Shown here piece by piece: positions 20,479-27,810 of a stretch of 32,000 bases of DNA. The DNA lies in the NCBI RefSeq assembly GCF_964030745.1, contig NZ_OZ034918.1, forward strand, positions 810,001 to 842,000, written 5' to 3'. The DNA is from Candidatus Saccharimonadota bacterium. GTDB lineage: Bacteria; Bacteroidota; Bacteroidia; Cytophagales; Amoebophilaceae. The position numbers and the translations under genes were made by a program. The notes beneath the pieces were generated by a model that searched no databases, was not told the origin of the DNA, and saw nothing but the letters and a program-made list of their open reading frames with translations. How positions within the stretch are numbered: position 1 is the first letter of the stretch; the number at the start of each line of letters is the position of its first letter.

Positions 20479-21771
20479 ATGGAATACCAGGGTTTTATAG
20501 TCAGGCCACTACTCCGCTCAGAGATCGATCATTTTATAGATGCCAATATTCAAGCACGATTTCTTTCGTGCAATCTCCAGGATATCGCTTGCTTTAAGCA
20601 AGCAATTGCGGTAGCAAAGCATATAGCCATTCTCGAAATAGCTAATAGCATTAAAGGCGGTATTATGCTTTTTCAACGTTGGCATAATGCTATGTGGGCA
20701 ACTAATATCTTCGTAGACCCTGCTATTCAAAGCCAGGGGGCTTCCACAGCGCTTTATAAATATGCATTAGACTATTGTGCCAATCGTGTTCCATGGGGAT
20801 TTTGTAATCCCATTGATCGCATTACTTCATTACACGCACGTTGGGGCATAGTATCTATCAATTCCTGGGAATCCCTTTCTTTGGTAACTGCTTACAACTA
20901 CTTTTTTAAAACGGATGCCATAGATATAGCATTTCCATTTCGTACAACGTTTGAAGGTGGTGTCTTACAAGCCGAAAATAAAGATATGGTCATCAAAATA
21001 AGCATAGACCAACAATGCTTGCAAGTATGCTATAAGCACACAATGCAAAAGAAGCAAATCACCCTGCCAGATGCTTATCGATTGCGCCTACACACAGCGC
21101 CTGCTTATGTAAAGTTGGCACAAGGCTGGGCTTTTGATCCCAAAACTGGACTGATCATCCATGAAAAAAAGAAAATTACCATCTATGCACCTACAGCAAG
21201 TTCCCAAAGCTTACTAGGCCTAACCATTCCGATAGATGATATCAAAAAACCAATCTATTGGGACCATACGCATAATGGACTAGAGGTTAGGTATACTACC
21301 TTAGCAAAAGATATACACGTAGCGTTACTAGTTACATTTAATGAGCAAGGCCTCTCCTTAGCCATTAGCGTTCCAGAAAACTATACGCCAAGGTTAACCA
21401 TAGCGCATGACGCTACTTCTATGATTCGCTTTATGGATTGTCCAGAAGCTACTATAGAGCGGGTTCGATATGCTCATTGCACGCATATCATGTACCATGG
21501 AAGGACACATAAGTTTGTTGCCCATTTGATAGATACTGCGCCACTCCATAGAAAATTCTTGCGCACATTTATTCCTAAAAGCCATAGGCCTTATACTGGT
21601 GGAACGAACCCTTATGGGACTGCTGCTGCCTTACCACTTGCAGCTATGTTGCTAGATCCTACGCAAAGAACCCGATTGATGCATAGATCAGATGATCTAT
21701 TAGAATTAAGTGCGCAAGGGAATCAAATACTTCGTCAAATTAAAACTAAATTATATGCAACCGAATCCTAA
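20479..21771 (+). CDS. GNAT-like N-acyltransferase domain fused to a roughly 300-aa domain of unknown function
   Basis: 430 aa. The N-terminal roughly 130 aa contains the GNAT motif-A-like IFVDPAIQSQGASTALYKYALDYC. The remainder has no family recognisable by eye. Starts 3 nt after the previous stop. Confidence 0.6.
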   Translation: MEYQGFIVRPLLRSEIDHFIDANIQARFLSCNLQDIACFKQAIAVAKHIAILEIANSIKGGIMLFQRWHNAMWATNIFVDPAIQSQGASTALYKYALDYCANRVPWGFCNPIDRITSLHARWGIVSINSWESLSLVTAYNYFFKTDAIDIAFPFRTTFEGGVLQAENKDMVIKISIDQQCLQVCYKHTMQKKQITLPDAYRLRLHTAPAYVKLAQGWAFDPKTGLIIHEKKKITIYAPTASSQSLLGLTIPIDDIKKPIYWDHTHNGLEVRYTTLAKDIHVALLVTFNEQGLSLAISVPENYTPRLTIAHDATSMIRFMDCPEATIERVRYAHCTHIMYHGRTHKFVAHLIDTAPLHRKFLRTFIPKSHRPYTGGTNPYGTAAALPLAAMLLDPTQRTRLMHRSDDLLELSAQGNQILRQIKTKLYATES

Positions 21772-22057
21772 CGCAGTAGAACAACCCTCCTTAAAGCTTA
21801 TCTATCCTGATTGGGTTAGACAGGATAAGCATAGACTTATCCACTTGATAACCAACCAGCAGATAGACCTTACAGCACCATATCAGCAAATGTTAACTAT
21901 TGCTTTAGCCACTAATTTGCTAGCAGATCCATCTACTGAATATGATATTTTAGTCAGGGCATGGGCCTTAGGGCTTATGGAACAAGGATTTCTTATCTTA
22001 GACCATGGCTTAGTAGATAGTGGGGTATATGCATCTCTTAAGCACCATCAGGTATAA
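21755..22057 (+). CDS. small hypothetical protein with a weak PqqD/RiPP-recognition-element-like pattern
   Basis: ORF open from 21710. The ATG at 21755 gives 100 aa and a 17-nt overlap with the upstream gene. The pattern hydrophobic strand(s) - LTAPYQQMLTIAL - ... - LGLMEQGFLIL resembles PqqD-like winged-helix peptide chaperones. This is a weak, by-eye call. Confidence 0.4.
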   Translation: MQPNPNAVEQPSLKLIYPDWVRQDKHRLIHLITNQQIDLTAPYQQMLTIALATNLLADPSTEYDILVRAWALGLMEQGFLILDHGLVDSGVYASLKHHQV

Positions 22058-22071
22058 AGCCCCCTAATGCT

Positions 22072-23832
22072 ATGCAAAACCGATCAATTATTACTTTTTT
22101 TTGGCGGCATATTCGACCCTATAAATGGTACTATCTTGTAATGTGCATAGCGCCTCTTGCAGCTAGTTTTTATCCTTTTGCATATACCTATGCACTGAAG
22201 CTTTTTTTAGATACCATGACGCTATTACCCACCTTTACCTATCGCAGTATGACGCTTCCCATAGCAATTTTCTTAATTGCTCAGTTCATGTTAGAATTGG
22301 TTTGGCGCATCAACCACTTTGCTGAAGGTAAAGCAGTGCCTTATGTAAGAAGGGCTATTTTACTTTATGCTTATGACAATATACAACATCATGTTTATAG
22401 CTTTTTTCAAAATAATCTTACGGGAGCCATTCATAGTAAATTGCAAGGTATTGTAGATGGTTATGATAGATTATGGGATGGTCTACACCGTGGACTAGGT
22501 TTGCGCATACTTAAAAGTATGGTTAACCTAGCGCTGCTTATGTTCATTAATTATAAAATCGGTTTGTTTTTTTTGGTATGGAGTATAGTTTTTATCTATA
22601 GCATGTATGTATTTTCTTTAACCTTAAAACGGCTTTCCTGTGCAGTCACAGAAAGTAGACATACCGTTATGGGTATGATTGCGGATAATATTAGTAATAT
22701 GGTAAATATTTTAGCTTTTGTTACCAAAGCTAAAGAACTTAAATCTTTAGATTGCTATATTATTAATGATTGCATTCCGAAACAGGTGCGGGTCTATCAA
22801 CACAGTTTTAAAATTAAGATGGTAGCTGGTGGGTTGCGTTTATTGTTATTTACAGTCCTGCTATGGTATATGACGCATTTAAAAATGATAGGTAGCATTA
22901 CGGTAGGAGATTTTGCTCAATTATTTGGCATTCTTTTACTGGCTTCTGAAGAAATTTTGCATATTACCATTTCTTTACAAGATTTTGCACACGTTATGGG
23001 TAATTTGAAAAGTGCATTATCTGTACTTTGGTGCTCTGAAAAAAGCGTGGATGCCAGTAATGCCAGGCCGCTACAGATTAAACATCCCGGTCTGGAGTTT
23101 AAAAACATATACTTTAATTATGTGGCTCAAAAACCTGTTTTTGAAAATCTTAGTCTCACGATTAAACCTGGTGAAAAAATAGGTGTAGTAGGCCATTCCG
23201 GAGCTGGGAAATCTTCTTTAGTGCATCTACTTTTACGTTATTTTCACTATGAGCGGGGTACCATTCTGATCGATGGGCAAAATATTCAACAGGTTACCAA
23301 AGATTCATTGAGAAAGCAGATTGCTGTTATTCCGCAGGATATATCGCTATTTCATCGTACCCTTATGGAAAACATCCGTTATGGGAATCTAGATGCTACA
23401 GATGAAGCAGTGGTAGAAGCCAGTAAAAAAGCACATATCCATGATTTTATCAGTACGTTACCGGAGCAGTATGCTACCTATGTGGGTGAAAGAGGGATTA
23501 AACTTTCTGGTGGACAGCGTCAACGTGTGGCCATTGCACGTGCCATCTTAAAGAATGCACCTATTCTTATACTAGATGAGGCTACGTCTGCGCTGGACAG
23601 TAAAACTGAAAAATTCATTCAAGATAGTCTACACTGGCTCTTGGATCAACAACAAAAAACTGTGATTGCTATTGCCCACCGTTTGTCAACGCTTAAGCAT
23701 ATGGATCGGATTATTGTGTTACATGACGGTAAAATTGTTGAACAAGGAACACATGAGCAACTTATGCACCAGCCGGTCAGTTTGTATCAACAGTTATGGA
23801 CATTACAGGAAAATAGGTATTATTCATGCTAA
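22072..23832 (+). CDS. ABC exporter, fused permease/ATPase (type-I exporter, MsbA/bacteriocin-exporter-like, no C39 peptidase domain)
   Basis: 586 aa. N-terminal six-helix TMD, Walker A GHSGAGKSS, signature LSGGQRQR, Walker [13 protein letters not shown] and H-loop IAHRL. Confidence 0.92.
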   Translation: MQNRSIITFFWRHIRPYKWYYLVMCIAPLAASFYPFAYTYALKLFLDTMTLLPTFTYRSMTLPIAIFLIAQFMLELVWRINHFAEGKAVPYVRRAILLYAYDNIQHHVYSFFQNNLTGAIHSKLQGIVDGYDRLWDGLHRGLGLRILKSMVNLALLMFINYKIGLFFLVWSIVFIYSMYVFSLTLKRLSCAVTESRHTVMGMIADNISNMVNILAFVTKAKELKSLDCYIINDCIPKQVRVYQHSFKIKMVAGGLRLLLFTVLLWYMTHLKMIGSITVGDFAQLFGILLLASEEILHITISLQDFAHVMGNLKSALSVLWCSEKSVDASNARPLQIKHPGLEFKNIYFNYVAQKPVFENLSLTIKPGEKIGVVGHSGAGKSSLVHLLLRYFHYERGTILIDGQNIQQVTKDSLRKQIAVIPQDISLFHRTLMENIRYGNLDATDEAVVEASKKAHIHDFISTLPEQYATYVGERGIKLSGGQRQRVAIARAILKNAPILILDEATSALDSKTEKFIQDSLHWLLDQQQKTVIAIAHRLSTLKHMDRIIVLHDGKIVEQGTHEQLMHQPVSLYQQLWTLQENRYYSC

Positions 23833-23891
23833 TCTAGCTATAGTATTTTAACTTTTTAACTTCATGAAGAATATGTTGATATTTAATATGT

Positions 23892-23917
23892 CTTCTGAAT
23901 TAGGCGCTCCATGGTAA
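23892..23917 (+). pseudogene. remnant of the last 8 codons plus stop of a CPBP protease gene (third, decayed repeat copy)
   Basis: CTTCTGAATTAGGCGCTCCATGGTAA is identical to the 3' end of the CPBP gene at 25069-25094 (SELGAPW*). No CPBP homology lies upstream of it. Confidence 0.7.
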
Positions 23918-24074
23918 TGCTGGTAGTATGAATAATGCATTAAAAAATAGTGCTATACTATCCTGGTTTATACATTTGTTTTAGTCATTTTTTTTATTAA
24001 ACTAACTACTGGTACTAGCGCCTAGGACTAGGTAATTGGTTGAGATAATTATATTTTAAAATAAAATAATTGCT

Positions 24075-24266
24075 ATGGAAGAACAAATTGAAATCCAACG
24101 CAAAAAGCTGCTGATCAGCTTTTCTGGGTGCACGAAAGATGATACTGATAAGACGGATAAAAGTAACTCTACTGATAGGGTAGGTACTGGTCAAGGTACC
24201 TATGGGATAAGCAATCCTAATGGACATTCTGAGCAGTATGCATCACAATTGTCTTATAAGTTTTAA
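24075..24266 (+). CDS. small peptide ORF 1 (63 aa), candidate precursor/secreted peptide
   Basis: MEEQIEIQRKKLLISFSGCTK + hydrophilic D/K/T/G/N-rich middle + ...SQLSYKF. A paralog lies 1177 bp downstream. The conserved reading frame and termini in both copies support coding. Confidence 0.6.
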   Translation: MEEQIEIQRKKLLISFSGCTKDDTDKTDKSNSTDRVGTGQGTYGISNPNGHSEQYASQLSYKF

Positions 24267-24434
24267 CGAGTTAAAGGTAGGAGAGAAGTAATATCTCTCC
24301 TTGTATATTTTAATTTTCCTTAGGGCTATGCACCTCCTTAAGCTATTGAATAGTCTTACTAGGGTTAGAAGCTATTTATTACTGTTGCCTTTCTATCAAT
24401 ATCGAGTATTACTTTATTACGAATCTTAGTTTTT

Positions 24435-25094
24435 ATGGGAATAATAAAAAAGGAATGGCGAGCGCTCTTTTGTTTTGCATTATTTCCCTGTATAGTATGG
24501 GGGGTATGCTTATTTAGTTGTGACATTTTAGTGGCCGCTCACAGGAAATATGTAGATTACCCAACTTGGTTATCTGGTTATCCACTATATCGTGTTAAGT
24601 ATTTAATACGTGCCATTTTGTTATTGTTTACACTCGGCCATATCTATAAGAAGCGCTTGCCTGTTTTGTATGATACGCACAAAAAAATTTATCTTAGGTA
24701 CAGTATATTAGCTATTATTTCTATTGTATGTGGCTTTTTTGTAAAAACTAAATTTTGGAATTATATACTAGATGGTTGTTTTGTAAGTCCATTTATTGAA
24801 GAACTTATTGCCCGATTTATACTATATGAAGCACGTCATCATGGCTGGAAGTTATATGCTTTAGTAGCGTTTTTTTCTTCTTTAACCTTTAGCCTTATGC
24901 ATATTTCCCCTGATCCTTCTGTATTGACACAGCCGATTCTACTGCCCAAGTTAAGTGAACATTTTTTATTTGGGTTAGCCCTTTGTAGTATATTTTGGTT
25001 TTTTCCTAGGTTGGGTTTCCTTATTAGCATACATGCTATTTCCAATTTATACGGGGTGCTTAAGATTGCTTCTGAATTAGGCGCTCCATGGTAA
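24435..25094 (+). CDS. CPBP (CAAX protease / bacteriocin-processing, Abi) family intramembrane metalloprotease, copy 1
   Basis: 219-aa polytopic protein with CPBP motif 1 EELIARF (EExxxR), motif 2 FSLMH (FxxxH) and motif 3 HAISN (HxxxN). Confidence 0.85.
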   Translation: MGIIKKEWRALFCFALFPCIVWGVCLFSCDILVAAHRKYVDYPTWLSGYPLYRVKYLIRAILLLFTLGHIYKKRLPVLYDTHKKIYLRYSILAIISIVCGFFVKTKFWNYILDGCFVSPFIEELIARFILYEARHHGWKLYALVAFFSSLTFSLMHISPDPSVLTQPILLPKLSEHFLFGLALCSIFWFFPRLGFLISIHAISNLYGVLKIASELGAPW

Positions 25095-25250
25095 TGCTTT
25101 GTAGTGTGCACTACATTAAAAAATAGTGCTATACTATCCTGGTTTATAAATTTGTTTTAGTCATTTTTTTTATTAAACTAACTACTGGTACTAGCGCCTA
25201 GGACTAGGTAATTGGTTTAGATAATTATATTTTAAAATAAAATAATTGCT

Positions 25251-25451
25251 ATGGAAGAACAAATTAAAATCCAACGCAAAAAGCTACTGATCAGCTTTTC
25301 TGGGTGCACGAAACAAGGTGATAAAGGGGAAGGTGATAAAAAGGATAATTCTAGTGATAGGGTAAATATTAACAAAGGGATCTATGGAACGAGAAACTAT
25401 AGTGATTACGGTAAGCATCTTTCATCACTACAGCTTACTTATAAATTCTAA
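25251..25451 (+). CDS. small peptide ORF 2 (66 aa), paralog of peptide ORF 1
   Basis: MEEQIKIQRKKLLISFSGCTK + divergent middle (shared NS[ST]DRV...G.YG) + ...LQLTYKF. Confidence 0.6.
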   Translation: MEEQIKIQRKKLLISFSGCTKQGDKGEGDKKDNSSDRVNINKGIYGTRNYSDYGKHLSSLQLTYKF

Positions 25452-25611
25452 ATAGGCATTCCAACCTTGGGGAAGTATTTATATCTTCCTTAATCCATTG
25501 TAGATTTTGCTTCCAGTGATTATTTATGACATTAAGCCAATTAAATAATTGAGTAGGCCGCTAAGGTCCATAAATATTCATTATTCCCAATTTCTATCAA
25601 TACTAGTCATT

Positions 25612-26247
25612 ATGAGTCTCTTTTTCAGTAAAAAAATAAAAAGGGATCGATACACCTTCTTTGCTTTGGCATTATTTTCTTGTATAGTATGGGGGGTAGT
25701 TACACGGGGTTGTATTATGATCTACCATCTTAATTATCCTGAATTCATAAGCAACCATATATATCGGATTACCTATTTATTGCGTGCACTTGTCTATTTA
25801 TCCTTACTTGGGTTTGTTTACAAAAAGTGGTTGCCTGATTTGTATTGTATACATGAAAAAATCTATTTTAGGTACAGCATGCTAGCTATTATTTCTATTG
25901 TATGTGGCTTTTTTGTAAAAACTAAATTTTGGAATTATATACTAGATGGTTGCTTTGTAAGTCCGTTGATCGAAGAACTCATTGCCCGATTTATACTATA
26001 TGAGGCACGCCATCATGGCTGGAAGTTATATGCTTTAGTAGCGTTTCTTTCTTCGTTATCTTTTAGCCTTATGCATATTGGCTACCACCTTCCTTTATTT
26101 ACAAAGCTAACGCTATTACCTAAGTTAAGTGAGCATTTTTTATTTGGATTAATATTGTGCAGTATATTTTGGTTTTTGCCTAGCTTGGGCTTGCTTATTA
26201 GCATACATGCTGTTTCGAATTTATTGTGGATATTTAGTCGGCCCTGA
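25612..26247 (+). CDS. CPBP family intramembrane protease, copy 2, with the native C-terminal tail replaced at the IS junction
   Basis: The ATG at 25612 was chosen by homology to copy 1 (the ORF-track start at 25549 is TTG). Motifs EELIARF, FSLMH and HAVSN are present. Homology to copy 1 ends after ...SNL at about 26224, and the ORF runs into foreign sequence (LWIFSRP*). Confidence 0.8.
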   Translation: MSLFFSKKIKRDRYTFFALALFSCIVWGVVTRGCIMIYHLNYPEFISNHIYRITYLLRALVYLSLLGFVYKKWLPDLYCIHEKIYFRYSMLAIISIVCGFFVKTKFWNYILDGCFVSPLIEELIARFILYEARHHGWKLYALVAFLSSLSFSLMHIGYHLPLFTKLTLLPKLSEHFLFGLILCSIFWFLPSLGLLISIHAVSNLLWIFSRP

Positions 26248-26350
26248 AATATTATATATTTATTTGTTTATGAATATAAAAACCCGTATATTATATTATA
26301 TATAATAACCATTTTTAGAGTTTTTTTGTATAAAACCTTGCAAAATAGGG

Positions 26351-27646
26351 ATGAAATCTAAGAGGATAAATCATTCTTGTGGTAGGCTTTTTGAGCAACG
26401 CTTATCTGGGATTCTTAATCCCCAACACGCCTTATTTCAGTTAGCTGATTCCATTCCTTGGCAATCCTTAGAATCAGATTTAGACCGCAGCTTTAGCTAT
26501 GGACCCGGTCAACCTCCTTTACCTATTCGTTTGATTGTAGGTCTACTCATTATCAGTCATATGTACCAAGTTTCTGATGAACAAGTAGTTTCTAGATGGG
26601 TAGAAAATCCTTATTGGCAATACCTTTGTGGCTATGATTATTTTCAGATTAAGGCAGCTTGTCACCCTAGTTCATTAACTCGTTGGCGTCAAAGATTGGG
26701 AGCAGAAGGTCTTAATAAGATCTTATCGATGACTATACAATTAGCCATTAAAAAAAAAGTAGTCTGCCCAAAAGAACTTGAAAAAGTGATATCCGACACT
26801 ACTGTAATGGAGAAAAATATTCGCTATCCAACTGATTCTTCGTTGCTTAATAAGGCTAGACAAAAACTAGTGGCTATAGCTAAGAAAACAGGCGTTAAAC
26901 TCCGTCAAACCTACCAACGTCTAGGGCCAGCTATCAAACGTAAAGTAGATGGCTATGCACATGCTAAACAGTTTAAACGTTTAGCCAAAGGCGTTAAAAC
27001 ATTAAAAAACTATCTTGGTCGGGTGGTAAGAGATGTAGAACGCTCTATACAATCGTGTGATGAAGCAATACGCACCCAGTTTAGACATCTGCTTTCTATA
27101 AGTAAAAGGATTATTAACCAATCAAAAAAAAGTAAAAATAAAGTCTATAGTATCCATGAACCTGCTGTTTACTGCGTAAGTAAAGGTAAGGCTTTAAATC
27201 CCTATGAGTATGGTTGTAAGGTGCAATTTACGCTCACCCATAAACAAGGCTTGATTGTATCAACGGAAGCTTTACATCCTAATGAATATGATGGACATAC
27301 CTTGCATAGAAGTTTATTACAAGCAGAAAAACTATCTGGTACTCAGGTAAAACACGTCTTCGTAGACAGGGGTTACAGAGGTCATAATATACCTAATAGT
27401 CAATGTAATATATTTATAAGCGGCTCTAAAAGAGGTATAACGCCTAGTCTCAAAAAAGCACTAAAAAGAAGATCTGCTATTGAACCACATATTGGTCATA
27501 TGAAATCTGATGGTAAATTAGCGGTTAACTACTTGAAAGGAATATTGGGAGACAAACTCAATGCTATTCTATGTGCTATTAGCCATAATCTACGCCTTAT
27601 TACAAGAAAAACATTCCTGCAGTGCGCTAAGAGAAGCTGGTTTTGA
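26351..27646 (+). CDS. DDE transposase, IS5 family-like
   Basis: 431 aa. InsH-type N-terminal domain (PIRLIVGLLIISHMYQVSDEQVV...NPYWQYLCG), DDE residues in VISDTTV and VFVDRGYRG, and R-x3-E-x6-K in RRSAIEPHIGHMK. Confidence 0.9.
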   Translation: MKSKRINHSCGRLFEQRLSGILNPQHALFQLADSIPWQSLESDLDRSFSYGPGQPPLPIRLIVGLLIISHMYQVSDEQVVSRWVENPYWQYLCGYDYFQIKAACHPSSLTRWRQRLGAEGLNKILSMTIQLAIKKKVVCPKELEKVISDTTVMEKNIRYPTDSSLLNKARQKLVAIAKKTGVKLRQTYQRLGPAIKRKVDGYAHAKQFKRLAKGVKTLKNYLGRVVRDVERSIQSCDEAIRTQFRHLLSISKRIINQSKKSKNKVYSIHEPAVYCVSKGKALNPYEYGCKVQFTLTHKQGLIVSTEALHPNEYDGHTLHRSLLQAEKLSGTQVKHVFVDRGYRGHNIPNSQCNIFISGSKRGITPSLKKALKRRSAIEPHIGHMKSDGKLAVNYLKGILGDKLNAILCAISHNLRLITRKTFLQCAKRSWF

Positions 27647-27741
27647 GCGAATTATGTATAGTGATTTAAAAAGATATGGGTATTTTGTACAAAAAATTGG
27701 TTCTATTTGATTCACGAATTCTTCTCTAGCAAGGGTCTGTC

Positions 27742-27787
27742 TAATTAGTCGCCCCTGAAGTATTCTTACTTCAGGGGCGACTAATTA
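27742..27787. repeat. perfect 21-bp-stem palindrome with a 4-nt loop and a GC-rich core
   Basis: TAATTAGTCGCCCCTGAAGTA-TTCT-TACTTCAGGGGCGACTAATTA, read directly from the sequence. One arm recurs (18/20) at 26233-26252. Confidence 0.9.
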
Positions 27788-27810
27788 ACTGCATATTAAA
27801 ATCTTTTTTT

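Larger units (their letters stand above)
23892..26224 (+). repeat. tandem duplication, unit about 1177 bp (intergenic region + peptide ORF + CPBP protease gene), two copies, the second truncated
   Basis: 23892.. aligns with 25069.. at an offset of 1177 bp. The intergenic region plus the first 63 nt of the peptide ORF are near-identical, as is the CPBP 3' half. The peptide core and CPBP 5' third are strongly diverged. Confidence 0.9.
26231..27787 (+). mobile_element. IS5/IS1182-like (IS4/IS5 superfamily) insertion sequence; boundaries provisional
   Basis: Single transposase ORF. TATTTAGTCGGCCCTGAAATA at 26231-26251 is an imperfect inverted repeat of TACTTCAGGGGCGACTAATTA at 27767-27787. An alternative inner IR pair (TTTTTTGTATAAAA at about 26322-26335 / TTTTGTACAAAAAA at about 27683-27696) would make the element shorter. 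Confidence 0.5.

Noticed and set aside
24036-24057. Possible Bacteroidetes-type promoter (TATATTTT) immediately upstream of peptide ORF 1, with an equivalent in copy 2
   Set aside because: The -7 motif deviates from TAnnTTTG at the conserved G, and no properly spaced -33 TTTG is present. The conserved upstream region is reported as part of the repeat, but a specific promoter call is not supported.
24075-24134. Interpretation of the peptide N-terminus (…KKLLISFSGC) as a standard lipoprotein signal peptide with lipobox
   Set aside because: The hydrophobic stretch between the last Lys and the Cys is only 7 residues, and the n-region is net acidic. This fails the usual lipoprotein signal pattern, which needs at least 10 uncharged residues before the Cys. 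It is kept only as a minor alternative in the findings.
26318-27706. Inner imperfect inverted repeat (TTTTTTGTATAAAA near 26322 versus TTTTGTACAAAAAA near 27683), considered as the true IS termini
   Set aside because: It is only about 14 bp, A/T-only and imperfect, so it could arise by chance in AT-rich DNA. The outer GC-containing 21-mer pair is the stronger candidate, so the inner pair is recorded only as an alternative.
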